DNA from: Bacteroidota bacterium
GTDB taxonomy: Bacteria; Bacteroidota; Bacteroidia; Palsa-965
NCBI GenBank assembly: GCA_013288325.1
Contig: JABDCB010000006.1
Span: 10,324-74,323 of the forward strand
DNA length: 64,000 bases
Direction: 5' to 3'
Numbering within the stretch: position 1 is the stretch's first letter; the number at the start of each line of letters is the position of its first letter. The notes under the pieces were generated by a model. The model was not told the origin of the DNA. It was given only the letters and a program-made list of their open reading frames with translations, and did no database searches. Shown one piece after another: positions 57,593 to 64,000 of this stretch. Made by a program: the position numbers and the translations under genes.

Positions 57593-59152
57593 ATGCAGAT
57601 CCCAAAAGTAATACCGGCCCGTAATACCATGACCTTCGGAGAGGAAATCATTCATCAGGAAGAAAATTATCAATCGGCCCTTGAACGCCTTAGAGATTTA
57701 TACGATAATGCCCCTTGTGGCTACCATTCCGTAAATGGTAACGGGCTGATCATTGAAATGAACAAAACCGAACTCAACTGGCTGGGCTATACCCGGGAGG
57801 AGGTAATAGGAAAAATGAATATCAATGAGTTATATGCCCCTTCCAGCAAGGATAGTTTTAAAAAAGATTATCCACAGCTTATTCGTGATAAAGGAGTTAA
57901 AGACCGGGAACTGGAGTTTGTACGCAAAGACGGAAGCACATTTTTTGTCCTTCTGAATGCTACGGCCCGCCTCGATAAGGACGGAAATTTTCTGATCACT
58001 CGTTCCACCATAACCGATATTACAGAACGTAAACTGGCAGAACAAAAACTTCACCGGAGTGAGGAAAAGATGCGTTCACAGGAGGAATTATTCCGTATCC
58101 TGATCGAAGCTTCGTCCGATATTATCACCTTGCTGGATGCAGACTACCGGATATCCTATACCAATCCATCTTTACAGCGGGTGTTGGGTTATGAACCGGA
58201 TGAGATTGCCGGAAAGGCAATTTATGAATTGATTCATCCGGATGACCTGCCCGGTGTGATAAAGGCGCTGAGCCATGACAGCAGTAATCCTGCTGAAGTA
58301 TCTTCCGAAAAATACCGTTGCAAACATAAAAACGGGAAGTGGATATACATGGAAGCGATGGGTAAATCTTTACTTTCAAAAGATTCAAAACGCCGAGCCT
58401 ATATTATCAATTCAAGAGATATTTCGGCCACTGTTCAAACGGAACAACAGCTTCAATATAAAGTAAACGAGTTAAACACGTTTATGTACAAAGCCACACA
58501 CGATATGCGTGCCCCGCTTTCTTCCTTGCTGGGATTAATAGCACTGGCCAAGCTGGAGCCTGACCACGACGCCATGTTTCATTATTTCGATATGATTGAT
58601 GAGAGCACGAGGAAGATGGATAAGATTCTCATAGATCTGGTGGATATAACCAAGATAACACAAGGTATTCCGGAAATATCAGAGGTTAATCTAAGCCTGC
58701 TGATGAGCGAAATAATTTCCAGCCTTGGCAATACGCCCGGTTATAATGAAATCGTTTTTTCAAGCCAGATTCAGCTTGTTCGTCCCTTTTATTCCGATCC
58801 CAAACTACTCCGGTCAATTCTTCAAAACCTGCTTGATAACAGCGCCAAATACCGCTCTGCAGGCCGGAAAAATTATATCGACATGGAAGCCGAAGAAACG
58901 GCTACCGGAATTAAAATATTTATCAGCGATAACGGAATCGGTATTGCCGATACATTCCAGCAAAAGGTGTTTGAAATGTTTTACCGCGCCACAGTACACT
59001 CAAGCGGCACCGGCTTGGGCTTGTATATTGTAAAAAATGCAATTGAGAAACTGGGAGGTACTATAGAACTGGAAAGCAAACTGAATGTAGGAACCCGGGT
59101 AACAATAAACTTACCATGTACCTGTCCGGTGAGTGAAAGAGGCACTTGTTAG
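57593..59152 (+). CDS. cytoplasmic PAS-PAS sensor histidine kinase
   Basis: 519 aa with no TM segment and two PAS modules. H-box KATHDMRAPLSSL. HATPase motifs DNSAKY, DNGIGI and GTGLGLYIVKN. It starts 6 nt after the preceding stop. Confidence 0.88.
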   Translation: MQIPKVIPARNTMTFGEEIIHQEENYQSALERLRDLYDNAPCGYHSVNGNGLIIEMNKTELNWLGYTREEVIGKMNINELYAPSSKDSFKKDYPQLIRDKGVKDRELEFVRKDGSTFFVLLNATARLDKDGNFLITRSTITDITERKLAEQKLHRSEEKMRSQEELFRILIEASSDIITLLDADYRISYTNPSLQRVLGYEPDEIAGKAIYELIHPDDLPGVIKALSHDSSNPAEVSSEKYRCKHKNGKWIYMEAMGKSLLSKDSKRRAYIINSRDISATVQTEQQLQYKVNELNTFMYKATHDMRAPLSSLLGLIALAKLEPDHDAMFHYFDMIDESTRKMDKILIDLVDITKITQGIPEISEVNLSLLMSEIISSLGNTPGYNEIVFSSQIQLVRPFYSDPKLLRSILQNLLDNSAKYRSAGRKNYIDMEAEETATGIKIFISDNGIGIADTFQQKVFEMFYRATVHSSGTGLGLYIVKNAIEKLGGTIELESKLNVGTRVTINLPCTCPVSERGTC

Positions 59153-59174
59153 TGTGATCCGAGCCCGCTATGTA

Positions 59175-59204
59175 TGTAAGAAATTTCGTTTAATTGTAAG
59201 TCGG
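59175..59204 (+). promoter_or_regulatory. cluster motif copy B: TGTAAGAA-N11-TTGTAA-gtCGG
   Basis: The sequence read directly is tgtaagaa atttcgtttaa ttgtaa gtcgg. It lies 23 nt after the kinase stop and about 195 nt upstream of the next kinase gene. Confidence 0.4.
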
Positions 59205-59273
59205 AAAGATGCCAAAACCCATTGTAGTCGATGGCTTGCTGAATTTCATATCTGGCGCTGATATGGAATTACA

Positions 59274-59305
59274 TGTAAGAAATATATCGTTTTTGCGTGA
59301 TACGG
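59274..59305 (+). promoter_or_regulatory. cluster motif copy C: TGTAAGAA-N11-TTGCGT-gataCGG
   Basis: The sequence read directly is tgtaagaa atatatcgttt ttgcgt gatacgg. It lies 99 nt downstream of copy B and about 95 nt upstream of the 59397 start. Confidence 0.35.
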
Positions 59306-59396
59306 AAGTGATGTGTCTATTAACTTTGAATTACAAGCCACAAAATCATACAGAAGTTATCCAGTAAACACGGAATGTTCCGGTCGATAAAAAGTT

Positions 59397-61298
59397 ATGG
59401 CGAATAAGCGATTGCGTATTTTGTTAATTGAAGACTTTGCTGCAGATGCTGATTTGATTCAGATGCATCTGAAAAAGACTGGCTTTGATTTTCTGGCCTA
59501 TGTGGTAGAGGACAGAGAGTCATACATAAAAGCGCTTGCCGAATTTCGTCCCAGTGTTATTTTGTCTGATCACAGCCTTCCGGCACTTGACTCTAAAGAA
59601 GCTTTTGCAATTTATAAGGAACATGGATATGATATTCCGTTTATCCTTGTTACCGGAGCGGTATCTGAGGAGTTTGCCGCAGAAACGATTAAATCAGGTG
59701 TTGATGATTATGTGTTAAAGTCAAACCTGACCAGACTCCCTGCTGCTATCAGAAGCAGTTTACAGAAAAAAGCCAGCGAACAGAAAAATAAGATTTCTGA
59801 AGAACGTATTGCACGTGCTCAGCGTATTGCCGGGTTGGGCCATTGGGAATGGGACCTGATTGATAATACCATGGAATGGTCGGAAGAGACTTATCGTATT
59901 TTTGGTATTGAACCCGAAAAGAGAGAGGCCGGATATGAACGTTTTACGAGTGCCGTTCATCCTGATGACAGAGACATGGTAAGTCGCGCACTTCAGCAAA
60001 TGATTCTGAAAGGTGCGGAATACAACCTGGATCATCGTATCCTCCGTCCGGATGGAATGATCAGGTTTGTGAATGAACAGGCCGATGTGTTGCATGATTC
60101 TTATGGTCATGCAATTAAAATTACCGGAGCGTTACTGGATATTACGGAACGGAAAATGTTTGAACAGCGGCTCGATAATGAGCGAAAATTTTTGCAAGCC
60201 GTACTTGATAATATTAATGTTGGAATCCAGGCCTGTAATCCGGAAGGAAAAATAATCCTCTACAACGATGCATTAAAGGCCATACAAAACCTGCCTCCTT
60301 TTGAAGTGCCTACCGATAACTGGAACGACTATTTTAAAATGTTCGACCTGAAAAACAACGAACAGGTACAAGCTTCCGAAGATCCTTTGTCGAGGGCAAG
60401 GAACGGTGAAACAATAGTCAATCAGTCATTTTACATACAACCTACCAATGGGGCCTCCAGAACAGTTTCTATCAATGCTCAGCCTTTATATGATCAGGAG
60501 GGACTACCCATCGGTGCTGTATCTGCCATCCATGATCTTACTCAGTTAAAACTATCGGAAGAAAAGCTGAGATACAAAATCAAGGAGCTGGATATGTTTA
60601 TTTATAAAGCTTCTCACGATCTGAAAGGTCCTTTGTCGAGTATGGCAGGATTACTCAATCTGGCAAAAATAGAGTTTGACAATCCCGAAGTGCTTGAGTA
60701 TCTGGATAAGCTGGAACAGAGTAATAATAAACTGGAAGTCATCCTGCATGGTTTATTGGAGGTGGTGCATATTAAACAGGGCAAACCGGCTGTAACAGAG
60801 ATCTGTTTATATGCGCTGATTGCCGATGTGGTATCGTCGCTTAAAAACCTCCCTAAATGTGAGCGGATGGAGTTTATTGTTGATGTGAACCCCGATGTGC
60901 TGCTGATAAATGATGAACGTCTGCTGCGGGGGATTTTGCAGAACCTGATTCACAATGCCATCAAATACCGTCGTGAAATAGCCGAATCGTATATACGGGT
61001 AAGTGCATATAAAAATGCGGGACAGTTTTTTATTGAAGTGCAGGATAATGGAATCGGAATTCAGGAAGAACTGAAGGAGAAAGTCTTTGATATGTTTTTC
61101 CGTGGCCATTATACTTCCACCGGTAGCGGTCTTGGCTTATACATTGTGAAAAATGCAATAGAAAAACTGAATGGCACAATAGAAGTTCACAGCGAATACG
61201 GAAAACAAACCACTTTTATTCTTCAGTTTCCGGTTGTAGAGCCGGTGATGGTATCAGATAAAGTAGAGAAGAAAGAACGTGCAAAAAAACCCAAGTAA
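59397..61298 (+). CDS. hybrid REC-PAS-PAS histidine kinase (N-terminal receiver)
   Basis: 633 aa. The receiver has ILLIEDFAADADL and ILSDHSLPALDS. Two PAS modules follow. H-box KASHDLKGPLSSM. HATPase motifs HNAIKY, DNGIGI and GSGLGLYIVKN. There is no TM segment. Confidence 0.88.
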   Translation: MANKRLRILLIEDFAADADLIQMHLKKTGFDFLAYVVEDRESYIKALAEFRPSVILSDHSLPALDSKEAFAIYKEHGYDIPFILVTGAVSEEFAAETIKSGVDDYVLKSNLTRLPAAIRSSLQKKASEQKNKISEERIARAQRIAGLGHWEWDLIDNTMEWSEETYRIFGIEPEKREAGYERFTSAVHPDDRDMVSRALQQMILKGAEYNLDHRILRPDGMIRFVNEQADVLHDSYGHAIKITGALLDITERKMFEQRLDNERKFLQAVLDNINVGIQACNPEGKIILYNDALKAIQNLPPFEVPTDNWNDYFKMFDLKNNEQVQASEDPLSRARNGETIVNQSFYIQPTNGASRTVSINAQPLYDQEGLPIGAVSAIHDLTQLKLSEEKLRYKIKELDMFIYKASHDLKGPLSSMAGLLNLAKIEFDNPEVLEYLDKLEQSNNKLEVILHGLLEVVHIKQGKPAVTEICLYALIADVVSSLKNLPKCERMEFIVDVNPDVLLINDERLLRGILQNLIHNAIKYRREIAESYIRVSAYKNAGQFFIEVQDNGIGIQEELKEKVFDMFFRGHYTSTGSGLGLYIVKNAIEKLNGTIEVHSEYGKQTTFILQFPVVEPVMVSDKVEKKERAKKPK

Positions 61299-61877
61299 AA
61301 AGCCTGCATATACCTGAGCAGGGGAGTGAGCTTCCAGTTTAAGCCTGGCAAATCCTACCAAACCGGTAATAAGAAAGACTGAAAAGAGAAAATAATACGG
61401 AGGTGCGTATAACATCAGGGATAATCCGGTAAGCGATCCGCACCAGCCTCCGGAAGCGACTGTATGAGCGCTGATTTTCCAGAAAATATTGATACAGGCA
61501 GTAAGCAGGATAGCTGCCGATGCACCCAGAATAAATAAGCGTATAATACGGAGCATGACCAGCGGAACCGGAAAATTTTTGAGCATATAATATGCAAGGA
61601 GATAATAAAGCGCGGTGCTCAGATAAGGGAGCAGACGCTCTCTGCGATCGTCCATCTGTATGCTTTGCAATAAGCCGGAACGCAGAAGAAGCCAGGCGCT
61701 TAATGCAGGCAGGATACCGGTAGTGACCAGTGTTATGCTGATAAGTAAAAGCGGAACACGATAGTCCTGAATAAAATAAGGACCGGCAAATATCCAGCAC
61801 AGAGTAGCCATCCCATAGGTTGGAATAAGCAGGGGATGGAAACAGTAAGTTAGAAAAAGGGCGAAACGCTTTTCCAT
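61254..61877 (-). CDS. polytopic membrane protein, degenerate PAP2-like (tentative)
   Basis: 207 aa with about 6 TM segments. ISAH and ARLKLEAHSPAQV resemble PAP2 motifs C2 and C3. The start overlaps the rpoN stop by 1 nt (TAATG). Confidence 0.45.
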   Translation of the reverse strand: MEKRFALFLTYCFHPLLIPTYGMATLCWIFAGPYFIQDYRVPLLLISITLVTTGILPALSAWLLLRSGLLQSIQMDDRRERLLPYLSTALYYLLAYYMLKNFPVPLVMLRIIRLFILGASAAILLTACINIFWKISAHTVASGGWCGSLTGLSLMLYAPPYYFLFSVFLITGLVGFARLKLEAHSPAQVYAGFLLGFFCTFFLLYFI

Positions 61878-63400
61878 TAAAGTTCCTTCCTCATACGTGC
61901 AACAGGAATATCGAGTTGTTCACGGTATTTAGCTACCGTACGGCGGGCAATATTATAGCCTTTGTCTTTAAGAATATGACAAAGCTTATCATCGGTGAGC
62001 GGTTTTTTCTTGTCCTCGCCTTCAATACAATCGCTCAGTATTTTTTTGACTTCGCGGGACGATACTTCCTCTCCGCTATCGGTGGAGAGTGACTCGGAAA
62101 AAAATGTTTTAAGAAGAAATGTACCAAAAGGGGTTTGAACATATTTACTATTGGCTACCCTTGATATGGTGGATATATCCATCCCAACCCGGTCGGCAAT
62201 ATCTTTCAGGATCATGGGTTTTAGTTTGGTCTCATCCCCCTCCAGAAAGTATTCATATTGATACTCCATAATCGCATTCATGGTAAAAAGCAGGGTTTCC
62301 TGACGCTGACGGATAGCATCAATGAACCAGCGTGCTGTTTCCACCTTTTGTTTTACAAACGAAAGAGCTTCTTTGGATGTGCGGTCTTTGCGGTTGGCAT
62401 AATCGCCCATCATTTGATTATATTCTTTGCTGATCCTCAGATCAGGTGAGTTGGCCGAATTTAGAGAAAGCTCCAACTGATCATCGGTCACATGAATAAT
62501 AAAATCGGGTGTAATCTGCAGATTATTGCCTTTGTTATCCACTACCGAATCTCCCGGCCGCGGATTCAGATGGACGATTTCCTGGATGATCTCTTTCAGC
62601 AGCTCTTCATCTACATCCAGCTTTTTTGCCATCTTATCGTAATGCTTACGCGAAAACTCTTCCATCATATCACGCACTACCCGGATAGCCTGTTCTATAA
62701 CAAATGTCTGAGGTTTTCGTTTCAGCTGCAGATACAAGCATTCCTGCAAATCACGGGCGCCTATCCCCGGCGGGTCGAATTGCTGAACAATATGCAGGAG
62801 TTCCAGCAACTCTTTTTCATTGGTCTGTATATTTTGAGAAAAAGCGATATCATCCACGATAGAAGTCAGCTCCCGGCGAAGGTAACCGTCATCATCCAGG
62901 TTGCCGATGAGATATTCGGCTATAGCATGACGGCGTTCATCCAGCTCCTGCATACCCAGCTGACTCAGCAGCAAATCCTGAAAACCAGTACCCGACACCA
63001 CAGGTATTTCCCGACGTTCTTCATCCGGGCTGGTATTATTGGCGCTTAATTTATAATCAGGGACTTCGTCTTCTTCAAAATATTCATCAATATCTACTTC
63101 TTTATCTGCGGCATTAATCTTTTCCTCTTCGCCCTCTCCTTCATCCAGTCTCAGCTCATCCTCTTTCTCTTCGGTTCCGTCTTTTTCAGGATCTTCCTGT
63201 ACTTCACTTTCCTCCTGCGTAACCATTTCATCCTCTTCATCTTCGCGACCTTCTTCCAAAGCAGGATTGGCCTCCAGCTCTTCCTTGATACGCTGTTCAA
63301 GGGCAACTGTAGGCAACTGCAACATTTTCATCAACTGAATCTGTTGCGGAGAAAGTTTTTGAAGGAGTTTATGGCTAAGCGACTGTTTAAGCATCTTCAC
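61877..63400 (-). CDS. rpoN: RNA polymerase sigma-54 factor
   Basis: 507 aa. It has a Gln/Leu-rich region I, an acidic linker, a core-binding domain, an HTH and the RpoN box ARRTVAKYR. Confidence 0.95.
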   Translation of the reverse strand: MKMLKQSLSHKLLQKLSPQQIQLMKMLQLPTVALEQRIKEELEANPALEEGREDEEDEMVTQEESEVQEDPEKDGTEEKEDELRLDEGEGEEEKINAADKEVDIDEYFEEDEVPDYKLSANNTSPDEERREIPVVSGTGFQDLLLSQLGMQELDERRHAIAEYLIGNLDDDGYLRRELTSIVDDIAFSQNIQTNEKELLELLHIVQQFDPPGIGARDLQECLYLQLKRKPQTFVIEQAIRVVRDMMEEFSRKHYDKMAKKLDVDEELLKEIIQEIVHLNPRPGDSVVDNKGNNLQITPDFIIHVTDDQLELSLNSANSPDLRISKEYNQMMGDYANRKDRTSKEALSFVKQKVETARWFIDAIRQRQETLLFTMNAIMEYQYEYFLEGDETKLKPMILKDIADRVGMDISTISRVANSKYVQTPFGTFLLKTFFSESLSTDSGEEVSSREVKKILSDCIEGEDKKKPLTDDKLCHILKDKGYNIARRTVAKYREQLDIPVARMRKEL

Positions 63401-63426
63401 ACTAATTTACAAATCTCCGGCGTTAT

Positions 63427-64000
63427 TCAGAAATCGGCATTCTTGGGCGTACGGGGAAATGGGATCACATCCCGTATATTACCCATACCGCTTACAAACA
63501 TAATCAGACGTTCAAAACCGAGTCCGAAACCGGCATGCGGTACCGTTCCAAATCTACGGGTATCCAGATACCAGTATAATTCAGAAGCGGGAATATGCAT
63601 TTCATTCATCCGGGTTTCCAGTTTATCAAGTCTTTCTTCCCGTTGCGATCCCCCTATTATTTCACCAATACCGGGAAACAGAATATCCATGGCACGAACT
63701 GTTGTTCCATCATCATTCTGACGCATATAAAACGCTTTGATCTCCTTCGGATAGTCGCATAAAATAACAGGTTTCTTAAAATGCTTTTCCACCAGGTAGC
63801 GTTCATGCTCGGATTGAAGATCTGCACCCCATTTATCAATCAGGTATTTGAATTTTTTCTTTTTGTTGGGATTTGAATTTTTCAGAATCTCAATGGCTTC
63901 CGTATAAGTAAGACGTTGAAATTCATTATCCAGACAAAACTGAAGCTTGGCAATCAGATCCATTTCCGAACGTTCTTCCTGAGGTTTTTGTTTTTCCTCT
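63427..64000 (-). CDS. asnS: asparagine--tRNA ligase, C-terminal part (5' end outside the window)
   Basis: Class-II motif 3 is present ([15 protein letters not shown]), and PRTPKNADF is the typical AsnRS C-terminus. The frame remains open to the window edge. Confidence 0.88.
   Translation of the reverse strand, partial: EEKQKPQEERSEMDLIAKLQFCLDNEFQRLTYTEAIEILKNSNPNKKKKFKYLIDKWGADLQSEHERYLVEKHFKKPVILCDYPKEIKAFYMRQNDDGTTVRAMDILFPGIGEIIGGSQREERLDKLETRMNEMHIPASELYWYLDTRRFGTVPHAGFGLGFERLIMFVSGMGNIRDVIPFPRTPKNADF

Noticed and set aside
59209-59367. An unannotated 52-codon ORF (MPKPIVVDGLLNFISGADMELHVRNISFLRDTEVMCLLTLNYKPQNHTEVIQ) lies in the spacer between the two kinase genes.
   Set aside because: It has no recognisable motif and no supporting signal. 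Its length is compatible with chance. It also contains motif copy C, which argues the DNA is regulatory rather than coding. It is worth only a quick conservation check.

Overview
This 64-kb chromosomal segment looks like a Bacteroidota genome. The evidence is T9SS type-A and type-B C-terminal sorting domains, GldH, a SprE/PorW-like TPR lipoprotein, an atpB-E-F-H-A-G operon without atpD/atpC, asnS-rpoN linkage, and a LeuS with a large insertion before KMSKS. About 50 protein genes are well supported, densely packed and mostly housekeeping. In order they are: thrB (partial)-thrC; a CHASE3 hybrid kinase / REC / sigma-54 activator operon with two small beta-barrel OMP genes; bactofilin-AtpZ-membrane protein-atpBEFHAG; a SprE/PorW-like gene; a 4-TM protein + TraB/GumN pair; holB; a small XRE regulator; PSP1(RicT-like)-gldH-PBP1a; CoA-transferase A/B; a GT-C-like membrane protein; ribE; two tandem 936/937-aa T9SS type-B cargo paralogs; a futalosine-type radical SAM enzyme; pepA; pdxA; yceD-rpmF-plsX-fabH-accB-accC; dnaG; recJ; DAHP synthase/chorismate mutase; leuS; DUF3108; a signalling cluster (52.7-61.3 kb); a PAP2-like protein; rpoN; asnS (partial). 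Reading by eye, I found no rRNA, tRNA, CRISPR array, transposase, integrase or recognisable defence gene. Three parts are non-core. (i) A ~3.03-kb tandem duplication of a giant surface-protein gene with mosaic identity. (ii) A signalling cluster made of two single-domain receivers, two soluble PAS kinases, a 483-aa helical protein and a T9SS-secreted SprB/PKD protein; it has no classical DNA-binding response regulator, and its intergenic regions share five copies of a bipartite motif, TGTAAGA(A/T)-N11-TTG. (iii) An XRE gene plus ~590 bp of apparently non-coding AT-rich DNA inserted between holB and the PSP1 gene. The signalling cluster and its motif are my best candidate for something undescribed. 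I do not see a clear-cut new enzymatic or defence system. All family calls rest on motif recognition, not on database searches.
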